A stretch of 64,000 nucleotides of DNA, taken from Gemmatimonadota bacterium (GTDB taxonomy: Bacteria; Gemmatimonadota; Gemmatimonadetes; Longimicrobiales; Gaopeijiaceae). The stretch is from positions 21,168 through 85,167 of the forward strand of contig VYAQ01000316.1 in the NCBI GenBank assembly GCA_009844885.1, given 5' to 3'. Position numbers and translations under genes: made by a program. A model generated the notes under the pieces. It ran no database searches and was not told the DNA's origin. It was given only the letters and a program-made list of their open reading frames with translations. Below, one piece after another: positions 42,411-50,347 of the stretch; within the stretch, counting starts at the first letter, position 1, and the number at the start of each line of letters is the position of its first letter.

Positions 42411-43142
42411 ATGGATCACGACTTTCCTTCGCGCAGAACGCCGTGGTTTGCGGGCAGCCTCCTCACTGCCGTCGCCGCAACCGTCCTGGCGTTCTGGGTG
42501 CCCGGCGGAGAGCTCCCGGGACAGCAGGTGGACCGGGGGCGCTTCCGACTGTTCCTGGACGGCTCGGAGATGGGAACGGAGGACTTCACGATCCAGCGGA
42601 TCGGTTCAGGAGAGGCCCAGGAGACGCTCGCACGCGGTGCAGTAAGAATGAACGATGGCCGTGTCGTCACGACGATCCTGCGGACCGTCGGTCCAGCCAT
42701 GGCGTTTTCCGAGTACGCCGCGATCGTCAGGGGCGCCGATACGCTCGAAGTTCGCGTCCTGAATGCGGGCGATCGACTGCGGCGAGTCACCGTCGCGCCA
42801 TGGGGCGAGGAGGAACAGGAGTTCAGGGCGAGCGCGCGAACGATGATCTTCGATGCCGGGGTCGCCCACCACTATTTCGTCATCGGCGGCTTCCTGGCGC
42901 GCGGGACCGCCGACATGACGCTCCACGCATTCGAACCACGATCCGAAAGGGAAGACTGGGCCGCGGATCTGGACATCGGGTCCGAGACCATCACGCTGCA
43001 GGGTGAGCAGGTGGAAGCGACCCGGGTGCGGATCGTGTCCGGCGATCAGGTCCGGACGGTGTGGTTCGACGGGAGCGGCAGGCTCGTGCGGGTGGAGGTG
43101 CCGACGGACGGCTTCGTCGCGCAAAGGGAATACGGGGGTTGA
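42411..43142 (+). CDS. Hypothetical secreted protein
   Basis: 243-aa ORF with a signal-like N-terminus (RRTPWFAGSLLTAVAATVLAFWVPG) and a beta-rich composition. No SD; ATG in an AT-rich context. Confidence 0.5.
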   Translation: MDHDFPSRRTPWFAGSLLTAVAATVLAFWVPGGELPGQQVDRGRFRLFLDGSEMGTEDFTIQRIGSGEAQETLARGAVRMNDGRVVTTILRTVGPAMAFSEYAAIVRGADTLEVRVLNAGDRLRRVTVAPWGEEEQEFRASARTMIFDAGVAHHYFVIGGFLARGTADMTLHAFEPRSEREDWAADLDIGSETITLQGEQVEATRVRIVSGDQVRTVWFDGSGRLVRVEVPTDGFVAQREYGG

Positions 43143-43254
43143 ACCAAACGGGCACCTGAGCCGTAGACCGAAACTGGAAGCGTGCCGACCGCGTATGGGG
43201 TTCGGCGCGTGCAGGATCCCTGCCAGGGGTCCCGATGAGACGAGGGAGGAGATC

Positions 43255-44784
43255 GTGGTGGACAAGCGGATGGTGTTCCGGGCCGGATGGCCGGCGTGGA
43301 TTCTCGTGGCTCTCGTGGCGGGTACCGCCTTTGCGTCGCCCTTGCGCGCGCAGGACAGGCTTTCCGCCTCGCTGACCCTGGAGGAGGCGCTCCGGGTGGC
43401 GCTGCGCAACAACCCCGGCGTGCAGGCGGTCCGGAACGACCTGCAGGTCGCAAACTGGAACCTGACCTCGGCCTATGGCTCCTGGCTCCCCTCGGCTTCG
43501 CTGAGTTCTTCCCTCTCCTGGCAGGGGGCGGGCGAACAGCGGTTCGGGAGCATCACCGCCGATCAGCTCGGCTTTCAGGATCAGCCCTCCTTCCTGTTCA
43601 GCTCGTACAACGCCGGCGTGAACTTCTCGATGGACGGGCGCAAGCTGATGGCTCCCGGCCAGGCCCGCAGATCGCGCGACGCCACGCAGGCGCAGATCCG
43701 CAGCACCGAGGCAGCGCTCCGTCTGGGGGTTACGAAGGCATACCTCGAGGTGTTGCGCCAGGGTGAGGGTCTGACGCTTGCCGAGCAGGAACTCGAGCGG
43801 GCCCGGATCAATCTGCGGCTCGCCCAGGGACGCCAGGAGGTGGGATCCGGCAACGCCATCGACGTCAGGCAGGCGGAAGTGAACGTGGGCCGCGCGGAAG
43901 TCACCCTGATCCAGTCGCGCACCGGCGTGCAGACGTCCCGAATACGGCTCCTTCAGCAGATCGGTGTGGACCTGAACGCCGAGCCGACACTGGCGACGAC
44001 GTTTTCGGTGACCCAGCCGGAATGGACGCCCGGGGATCTCTATCAGGCGGCGATCGGCAACAACCCCGATCTTCAGGCGATGCGGGCGCAGGAGGAAGCC
44101 TCCCGCTACGACGTGAGCATCGCCCGCTCATCCTACTTCCCCAGCCTGTCCGTGTCGGCGGGCTGGAGCGGTTTCACCCGGCAGGCCAGCAGCACCGCCG
44201 GCCAGGAGGCGCAGGCGATCGCCGCCGGGACGGCCAGGGTGCAGCAGTGCCTGGCGCTGAACGACCTCGTCTCACTCCTTCCGAACCCTCCGGTGCCCCA
44301 GGATTGCAGCCTCCTGGCGACTCCCGAGTCCGCGATCGAGGCCATCCGGGCCGAGAATCAGGCGTTTCCGTTCAACTTCACCAGCCAGCCGCCCTCGGTT
44401 GGCCTGCAGGTCTCGATCCCGATATTCCAGGGGCTTGGCCGCCAGAGGGAGCTGGAGAGCGCCCGTGCCCAGTTGAACGACAACCGGTTCCGTATCCGGG
44501 AGCAGGAGCTGGCCTTGCGCGCGGATATCGAGTCGAGCGTCGCGCTGGTCCGCACCGCCTACGAGAGCGCCCTTATCGAGGAGCGCAATCAGGCGCTGGC
44601 CGACGAGCAATTGCGCCTGGCGCAGGAACGATACCGCCTGGGGTTTTCCAACTTCATCGATCTGGTGGAAGCGGAGACGGTGAAGGCGCGAGCCGACCGG
44701 GAGCGTATCGTGGCGATATTCATCTATCACGACGCAGTCGCCGACCTCGAAGCGGTCGTCGGCATGCCTCTAAGGAATCCATAA
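43255..44784 (+). CDS. TolC-family outer-membrane efflux protein
   Basis: GTG 43255 lies 5 nt after GGGAGGAG (alternative ATG 43270). Signal peptide WILVALVAGTAFASPLRA-QD. OEP repeats LTLEEALRVALRNNPGVQAVRNDLQVA and LYQAAIGNNPDLQAMRAQEEA. Confidence 0.85.
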   Translation: MVDKRMVFRAGWPAWILVALVAGTAFASPLRAQDRLSASLTLEEALRVALRNNPGVQAVRNDLQVANWNLTSAYGSWLPSASLSSSLSWQGAGEQRFGSITADQLGFQDQPSFLFSSYNAGVNFSMDGRKLMAPGQARRSRDATQAQIRSTEAALRLGVTKAYLEVLRQGEGLTLAEQELERARINLRLAQGRQEVGSGNAIDVRQAEVNVGRAEVTLIQSRTGVQTSRIRLLQQIGVDLNAEPTLATTFSVTQPEWTPGDLYQAAIGNNPDLQAMRAQEEASRYDVSIARSSYFPSLSVSAGWSGFTRQASSTAGQEAQAIAAGTARVQQCLALNDLVSLLPNPPVPQDCSLLATPESAIEAIRAENQAFPFNFTSQPPSVGLQVSIPIFQGLGRQRELESARAQLNDNRFRIREQELALRADIESSVALVRTAYESALIEERNQALADEQLRLAQERYRLGFSNFIDLVEAETVKARADRERIVAIFIYHDAVADLEAVVGMPLRNP

Positions 44785-44791
44785 GAACGAC

Positions 44792-46063
44792 ATGAGAACC
44801 AGAACCAAGGTGATGATCGGGACCGGGATCGCGGTCCTGCTGGTCCTGGCCGCCGGGCTGAGCATGAACGGCCGGCGCCAACAGGGAATCGAGGTCCGGA
44901 TCGAGACCGTTGACAGGCGCGACCTGGTGGCGACCGTCACGGCCAGCGGCAACGTCCGCGCGCGCCGAAAGGTGGATATCAGTTCGGACATCTCCGCGCG
45001 AGTGGCGGAGCTGCTGGTGGACGAAGGCGAGGACGTGGAGGAAGGACAGGTGCTGCTGCGCCTCGACCCCACGCGCTACCAGGCGGCGGTCAACCGCAGC
45101 CGGGCGAATCTCAGCCAGTCACAGGCCCAGGTGGCGCAGGCACGAGCGAACTACCTGCGCGCGGAGAGGGAAGCGGAACGCCTCGACTCGCTGCACGCCC
45201 GCGAGCCGTTGCTGGTAAGCCGGCAGGAGGTCGACAACGCGCAGACCGACCTGGAAGTCCAGCGGTCCCTCCTCGAGTCTTCGGAATTCGGGGTCAACCA
45301 GGCCCGGGCCGCCCTCGAAGAGGCTAGCGACCAGCTCGCCAAGACCATCATCACCGCACCCATGGCGGGCCGGGTTACCCGTCTCAACGTCGAAGAGGGC
45401 GAGACGGTGATCGTCGGCACGATGAACAACCCGGGCAGCCTGGTGCTGACGGTATCGGATCTCTCCGTGATGGAAGTCGTCCTCGAAGTGGACGAGACCG
45501 ATGTGCCCGAGATCACCCTGGGCGATAGCGCCACAGTCGAGCTGGACGCGTTCCCGGATCTGGATTTCCCGGGGGTCGTCACCGAGATCGGCAACAGCGC
45601 CATCCGTCCGCCGTCGCAGGCCGCCGGCACGGGACAGACGCCGACCATCGACTTCGAGGTGGTCGTGACCCTCGACAGTCCGGAGGTCGAGCTGCGCCCG
45701 GATCTCTCCGCCACCGCCGAACTGATCACCGAGACACGCGTCGATCAGTTGAGCATTCCGATCATCGCGCTTACCCTGCGCGAACCGGACGCCGAGGACG
45801 ACGACGAGCGCGCGGGCGACGGCGACGGCGAAGTGCCCGATCCGATCGAGGGAGTCTTTGTGATCCGGGATGGCGAGGTCACCTTCACGCCGGTCGCGGT
45901 CGGAATCGCCGGCCAGGAGTATTTCGAGGTGATCTCCGGGCTGTCGCTCGGGGACTCGGTCGTCAGCGGACCCTATCAGGTCGTCCGAACCCTGGAGGAC
46001 GGAGATCAGGTTCGGGCGGACGAGAGCGACGATGCGGACGACACGCGGGACGAGCAGGGTTGA
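44792..46063 (+). CDS. Efflux periplasmic adaptor (HlyD/MacA-type membrane fusion protein)
   Basis: N-terminal TM helix, a coiled-coil hairpin, lipoyl/beta-barrel motifs (VDISSDISARVAELLVDEGEDVEEGQVLLRLD; ITAPMAGRVTRLNVEEGETV) and an acidic C-terminal tail. Confidence 0.88.
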   Translation: MRTRTKVMIGTGIAVLLVLAAGLSMNGRRQQGIEVRIETVDRRDLVATVTASGNVRARRKVDISSDISARVAELLVDEGEDVEEGQVLLRLDPTRYQAAVNRSRANLSQSQAQVAQARANYLRAEREAERLDSLHAREPLLVSRQEVDNAQTDLEVQRSLLESSEFGVNQARAALEEASDQLAKTIITAPMAGRVTRLNVEEGETVIVGTMNNPGSLVLTVSDLSVMEVVLEVDETDVPEITLGDSATVELDAFPDLDFPGVVTEIGNSAIRPPSQAAGTGQTPTIDFEVVVTLDSPEVELRPDLSATAELITETRVDQLSIPIIALTLREPDAEDDDERAGDGDGEVPDPIEGVFVIRDGEVTFTPVAVGIAGQEYFEVISGLSLGDSVVSGPYQVVRTLEDGDQVRADESDDADDTRDEQG

Positions 46064-46095
46064 CCGTGACACTTCGCAACAATCGAGTCGTCTGA

Positions 46096-47337
46096 ATGCA
46101 GTTCCTCGAGGGCGTGCGCCTGGCCTGGGAGCAGATCCGCACCCAGAAGCTGAAGAGCTTCTTCACCCTGCTGGGTGTGATCGTGGGCGTGATGTTCCTC
46201 ATCCTCGTGGTGAGCATCGTGGAGGGAACGGACCGCTACATCCGCGGCACCCTCACCGAAAGGGTCATGGGCGTGAACACCGTCCGGGTGGGCAGGATGC
46301 CCAGAGAGGCGGTGGATCCCTCGCCCGAGCAGTGGAGGGCATGGGCCCGTGCGCCGCGATTGACCTTCGACGACCTGGAGTATCTTCGCGACAGGATCAC
46401 GCTGTCGGCGACGATCGGAGCACAGTCCGATGCCGGAGGGGAGCTCGAATCGGACACCGGGCTCAAGGTCGAGAACGTGAACATCGTTGGTGCGTCGGCG
46501 GAGATCTTCGAGATCCGCAACTGGAATGTCGAACGCGGCCGGGCGTACACAAGGCATGAGGCCGACCAGGGCGCGCCCGTGGTTGTTCTGGGCAAGGCCA
46601 CGGCCGAGGTCCTCTTCGAAGGTCTCGATCCGGTCGGCAGGACGGTGCGGCTTCGCGGCTTTCCCTTCCGGGTCGTGGGCGTTCTGGAGGAGCAGGGATC
46701 GTTTCTGATCGTTTCCCTGGACAACCTGGCTATCGCTCCGGCGCGCTCGCCGGTTCAGAGATTCGTCAATCCGCACGGCATCGTAGACGAGATCATCATC
46801 AAGGCCGATGCCCCCGAACTGGTCCTGCCCATCCATCAGGAGACCGTCGAGGCCATGCGCCTGAGACGCCGGCTGAGACCCGCGGACCTGGACAATTTCG
46901 CCGCCGAGACTACGGAATCCTCCCTGGCCTTCTGGGACAATATCAGTCAGGTCCTGTTCCTTGCTCTGCCCGGGCTGGTCGGCATCTCGCTTGTCGTGGG
47001 CGGAATTGTGATCATGAACATCATGCTGGTATCGGTAATGGAGAGGACGCGGGAGATCGGCATTCGCAAGGCCATTGGCGCCCGTCGCGGCGATGTCCTG
47101 GTCCAGGTCCTCATCGAGAGCGCCACCCTCTCGGCCGTCGGTGCCGCGATCGGGGTGGGCATCGGAATCGGCCTGACCATCCTGCTGGGTGCGCTGACCC
47201 CCCTGCCGGCGGCCGTAGCTCCCAAGTGGATGGCCCTCGGCGTCGCACTCGGCGTCGGCGTGGGCGTGGCCTCGGGCGTGTATCCGGCCTCCCGCGCGGC
47301 CAGACTCGACCCTGTGGACGCGCTGAGGTACGAATGA
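46096..47337 (+). CDS. MacB-type ABC transporter permease (MacB_PCD + FtsX), no fused ATPase
   Basis: Starts directly with TM1 (LKSFFTLLGVIVGVMFLILVVSIVEG), followed by a large periplasmic domain and the FtsX motif ERTREIGIRKAIGARRGDVLVQVLIESA. Ends LDPVDALRYE. Confidence 0.9.
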   Translation: MQFLEGVRLAWEQIRTQKLKSFFTLLGVIVGVMFLILVVSIVEGTDRYIRGTLTERVMGVNTVRVGRMPREAVDPSPEQWRAWARAPRLTFDDLEYLRDRITLSATIGAQSDAGGELESDTGLKVENVNIVGASAEIFEIRNWNVERGRAYTRHEADQGAPVVVLGKATAEVLFEGLDPVGRTVRLRGFPFRVVGVLEEQGSFLIVSLDNLAIAPARSPVQRFVNPHGIVDEIIIKADAPELVLPIHQETVEAMRLRRRLRPADLDNFAAETTESSLAFWDNISQVLFLALPGLVGISLVVGGIVIMNIMLVSVMERTREIGIRKAIGARRGDVLVQVLIESATLSAVGAAIGVGIGIGLTILLGALTPLPAAVAPKWMALGVALGVGVGVASGVYPASRAARLDPVDALRYE

Positions 47338-48650
47338 CCCGGCGAGGCGGGAGCGGAGCCAGTGCGCCGAACGGAAAGCCGGCAGCACCCGGTCACGTGC
47401 TGAGCGAGAGCGTCCGCGTAGCCTTCGACGCACTGCGGGCCAACTGGATGCGGACGACACTGGCAGTGTTGGGTGTAGGAATCGGGGTCGGCGTCGTCGT
47501 CACCGTAGCCGCGATGGTGAGCGGAATCCGCCGCGAGGTCATGGAGATTTTCGAGGCGTCCGTGCCGGGCAGCTTCACGCTCATGCCTTTCGACTTCACC
47601 AACGTCCGGATCGCCGCCGATGGCTCGGGGCGACCGCCGTGGTGGGATCGGCCCGAGATCAGCAACCGGGAGATCCGAAGGGTTCAGACTCTGCCCGGGG
47701 TGGCGGAAGCCAACGCCAGGTATGAATTCGGTGCGACGATGCGTTATGAGTCGGACTGGGTCCGGGGAATCCAGTGGGTCGGCAACTCGAGCGGATGGGC
47801 GACTTTTACCGGAGGGGATTTCATCGCGGGCAGGGACTTCACTCCCGCCGAGGTCGCCCAGGCCAGAGGCGTGGTCGTGGTATCGGAAGAGCTGGCGGAA
47901 ACGGTCTTCGGAGAGCTGGATCCGATTGGAAAACGCGTGCGCGTCAATGCGGGCCGGAGAGCGGCAAACGAGCAGTTCACCGTAGTCGGGGTCTTCAGGC
48001 CCATCGACAATCTCTTCGGCGAGGTTGCGGGCAACTTCGCGGTGGTGCCCTTCACCGCGGCGGACAAGCGGCTCAAGGCCCGTACGCGGTGGAACTTCAT
48101 GATGGTCCAGGTCGCCCCTCGGGACGACGTGGAAACGAGCGAGGTCGAAGACCAGGTCGTTTCGGCGCTCCGCTCGATGCGGGGACTCGGACCCGCCGAC
48201 GAGAACAACTTCGCCGTCATCCGCAGCGAGCAGATCATAGACCTGTTCAACCAGTTCACGGCCATGTTCTTCATGGTGATGGTGGCGCTTTCCTCGATCG
48301 GCATGCTTGTGGGTGGGATCGGCGTGGTCGGGATCATGCTCATTTCCGTCACGGAGCGCACGCGGGAAATCGGCATCCGCAAGGCCATCGGGGCGACCCG
48401 CCGCGAGATCAAGTCGCAATTCCTGATCGAAGCGTCGCTTCTCACCGCTGCCGGGGGGGCAGCCGGGCTCCTGGTCGGATGGGGAGCCTCCGAACTGCTC
48501 GCCGCGCTCACACCCCTGCCTGCGCGGATTCCGATCTGGTCGGTGTTTGCCGCCCTCTCCGTGGCCGCCCTCACCGGGATTCTCTTCGGACTGCTCCCGG
48601 CTCTGCGTGCCTCCAAGCTGGACCCCGTCGACGCCCTCAGATACGAGTGA
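47334..48650 (+). CDS. MacB-type ABC transporter permease, second paralogue
   Basis: ATG 47334 forms an ATGA overlap with the preceding stop. Same architecture (ERTREIGIRKAIGATRREIKSQFLIEAS...LDPVDALRYE). The track ORF 47226.. is over-extended. Confidence 0.9.
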   Translation: MTRRGGSGASAPNGKPAAPGHVLSESVRVAFDALRANWMRTTLAVLGVGIGVGVVVTVAAMVSGIRREVMEIFEASVPGSFTLMPFDFTNVRIAADGSGRPPWWDRPEISNREIRRVQTLPGVAEANARYEFGATMRYESDWVRGIQWVGNSSGWATFTGGDFIAGRDFTPAEVAQARGVVVVSEELAETVFGELDPIGKRVRVNAGRRAANEQFTVVGVFRPIDNLFGEVAGNFAVVPFTAADKRLKARTRWNFMMVQVAPRDDVETSEVEDQVVSALRSMRGLGPADENNFAVIRSEQIIDLFNQFTAMFFMVMVALSSIGMLVGGIGVVGIMLISVTERTREIGIRKAIGATRREIKSQFLIEASLLTAAGGAAGLLVGWGASELLAALTPLPARIPIWSVFAALSVAALTGILFGLLPALRASKLDPVDALRYE

Positions 48651-49372
48651 GCGGGCCGCTCGATGTTCTCGCGGTCATGGCGCACCCGGATGACGCCGAG
48701 ATCTTCTGCGGCGGATCGCTGATCAAATCCGCGGACGCCGGACAGCGTACAGGCGTACTCGACCTGTCCGCCGGCGAAATGGGGTCGCGCGGCACCCGGG
48801 AGTCGCGGGCTTCAGAAGCCGCCACGGCCGCCGAGATCATGGGTCTTGCGGTACGCCGCTGCGCCGGTCTCCCCGATGCCGGGCTGTTCAACGACCTGCG
48901 CTCCCGGCACGTGGTCGCAGAGATGATCCGTGCGCTACGGCCACGAACCATCGTGACTCACTGGACCCGGGGACGTCACCCTGACCACCGTGCCGCCGCG
49001 GAACTCGCCCGGGATGCTTCCTTCCTGTCAGGGTTGCGAAACCTGCCCATCGAAGGCGAACCCTATCGTCCCCGGAAGATCGTCTATGCGCTTTCCTTCC
49101 GGGAGGATCCGGTCAAACCGACGTTCGCCGTGGACATTACGGATCAGATGGACCGCAAGATCGAGGCGCTGTCGGCCTACGGTACGCAGTTTCACGGCAA
49201 GAGCGGTATGGGCGAGGTGTTCCCGGCCGGTGACCGTCCCTTCTTCGAACAGGTCCGCAGCGTTCACGCCACCTACGGGTCGCTGATCCGCCGCCGCTAC
49301 GCCGAGATCTTCTGGACCGAAGAAATCGTCGAGAAGGAAACGCTGGGAGACCTCGGGGTCAGCACTTTCTAG
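48647..49372 (+). CDS. bshB1: PIG-L/LmbE-family N-acetylglucosaminyl deacetylase, BshB1-like
   Basis: GTG 48647 (GTGA overlap with the permease stop): LDVLAVMAHPDDAEIFCGGSLIKSADAGQRTGVLDLSAGEMGSRGT...HPDH. The AHPDD, DL-x-GE-x-G-x-x-G and HPDH motifs are typical of bacillithiol deacetylase BshB1. The 532-aa track ORF is over-extended. Confidence 0.78.
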   Translation: MSGPLDVLAVMAHPDDAEIFCGGSLIKSADAGQRTGVLDLSAGEMGSRGTRESRASEAATAAEIMGLAVRRCAGLPDAGLFNDLRSRHVVAEMIRALRPRTIVTHWTRGRHPDHRAAAELARDASFLSGLRNLPIEGEPYRPRKIVYALSFREDPVKPTFAVDITDQMDRKIEALSAYGTQFHGKSGMGEVFPAGDRPFFEQVRSVHATYGSLIRRRYAEIFWTEEIVEKETLGDLGVSTF

Positions 49373-49375
49373 CGG

Positions 49376-49396
49376 CCAGCACGGATTCGGTGCTGG
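49376..49396 (+). terminator. Small hairpin just after the bshB1 stop
   Basis: CCAGCAC-ggattcg-GTGCTGG (7-bp stem, 7-nt loop), 4 nt after TAG. No T-run follows. Confidence 0.3.
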
Positions 49397-49464
49397 ACTT
49401 CGCGCTCTGTCCGGTACGCGGGCGCTGGATCCGGCAGGGCACAACGACAAGCGGCCCATGAACG

Positions 49465-49497
49465 CCGGCGGGCTCCTCACCGTGAGGAGCCCGCCGG
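49465..49497. terminator. 33-nt perfect palindrome; likely bidirectional terminator between convergent operons
   Basis: CCGGCGGGCTCCTCAC C GTGAGGAGCCCGCCGG. The arms are 16 nt each, giving an effective stem of ~14 bp. It sits midway between the bshB1 stop (49372) and the stop of the last mini-protein gene (49545). No U-tract on either strand. Confidence 0.55.
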
Positions 49498-49544
49498 ATA
49501 CAACCGCCGTCACCGAGACGGCGTTTCCATCCCTGCCGCGCGGG

Positions 49545-49793
49545 TCACATCATCGGACCCGGTGGCGCGAACATGTCGCAGCAGTAGGGCGAGCCGACCA
49601 TACAGCGTATCGGCAGGCACAGGACCCAGGTCCCGAACTGTACCCTCCAGCGATCGTTCTCAACCGCAGCCGCAGCAGCAGCCGCGTGTTCTCCCGTCCC
49701 GGGCGCCGAGACCAGCAGTGCCGCCGCGACCGCGGCGACCTTCACGCTTCTGGCCAAAGTTGCCCCCAGGCGCTCCATCGTTTTGCCTTGCAT
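49545..49793 (-). CDS. Cys-rich secreted mini-protein, paralogue C (82 aa; C-x4-C-x6-CC)
   Basis: ATG 49793 with AAGGA 7 nt upstream: MQGKTMERLGATLARSVKVAAVAAALLVSAPGTGEHAAAAAAAVENDRWRVQFGTWVLCLPIRCMVGSPYCCDMFAPPGPMM. Signal-peptide-like N-terminus. Paralogous to the two upstream ORFs. Confidence 0.6.
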   Translation of the reverse strand: MQGKTMERLGATLARSVKVAAVAAALLVSAPGTGEHAAAAAAAVENDRWRVQFGTWVLCLPIRCMVGSPYCCDMFAPPGPMM

Positions 49794-49838
49794 GATGTCA
49801 TCCTTCTGCGGGAACAATCCCGCCGTTTGCCTTCGTGC

Positions 49839-50087
49839 TCAGAACAGGACGGGACCGCAACAGGTCGGGGCTCCGCCACATGCATAGTCGGTGCAGAACT
49901 TCCATCCGTTAAACCCGATAACCAGTTTGTGGGGCCCCGACTGCGCGCTCGCCATAGTCTCGACCAGCACGCCGCCGTCCGGTAGCGCCGGCGCGACCGC
50001 TGTCAGCGCCGCGACCAGACCCAACGCCTTCACGCCCGCGCGAATGCCCCTCGCGCGGCCTGCAACTCTTCCGAATGTCTTTTGCAT
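49839..50087 (-). CDS. Cys-rich secreted mini-protein, paralogue B (82 aa; C-x4-C-x5-CC)
   Basis: ATG 50087 with GGGAG 7 nt upstream, 17 nt after the paralogue A stop: MQKTFGRVAGRARGIRAGVKALGLVAALTAVAPALPDGGVLVETMASAQSGPHKLVIGFNGWKFCTDYACGGAPTCCGPVLF. The track start at 50150 would overlap paralogue A. Confidence 0.6.
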   Translation of the reverse strand: MQKTFGRVAGRARGIRAGVKALGLVAALTAVAPALPDGGVLVETMASAQSGPHKLVIGFNGWKFCTDYACGGAPTCCGPVLF

Positions 50088-50104
50088 TTCCTCTCTCCCT
50101 CTTG

Positions 50105-50347
50105 TTAGAAGCGCGGATTGTCGTAACAACACCAACCGTACCCCGGGCAACTACCCCAACAGATACCAATCTTCCCAAGCCAGAACACCTGTTCGCGCAC
50201 ATGGCGACTTGCCTCGGCTCCGGCCCCAACGGGCGTTGCCTGAACCCCCACAGCCGGTGCACCCACCGAGAACGCGACTGCCGCGCCCATGACCGCGGCG
50301 CGCATCAACGAGGCGCGGCGCGAAAGACGTCTTCTGCCTTTCTTCAT
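50105..50347 (-). CDS. Cys-rich secreted mini-protein, paralogue A (80 aa; C-x3-C-x5-CC)
   Basis: ATG 50347 with GGAG 7 nt upstream: MKKGRRRLSRRASLMRAAVMGAAVAFSVGAPAVGVQATPVGAGAEASRHVREQVFWLGKIGICWGSCPGYGWCCYDNPRF. Strongly basic n-region (RR-containing) followed by a hydrophobic h-region. TAA stop. Confidence 0.65.
   Translation of the reverse strand: MKKGRRRLSRRASLMRAAVMGAAVAFSVGAPAVGVQATPVGAGAEASRHVREQVFWLGKIGICWGSCPGYGWCCYDNPRF

Noticed and set aside
50088-50150. Longer start (50150) for mini-protein B given in the ORF track
   Set aside because: It would overlap the 3' end of mini-protein A by 46 nt and add a non-signal-like N-terminus. The ATG at 50087 has GGGAG 7 nt upstream and yields an 82-aa product parallel to A and C.
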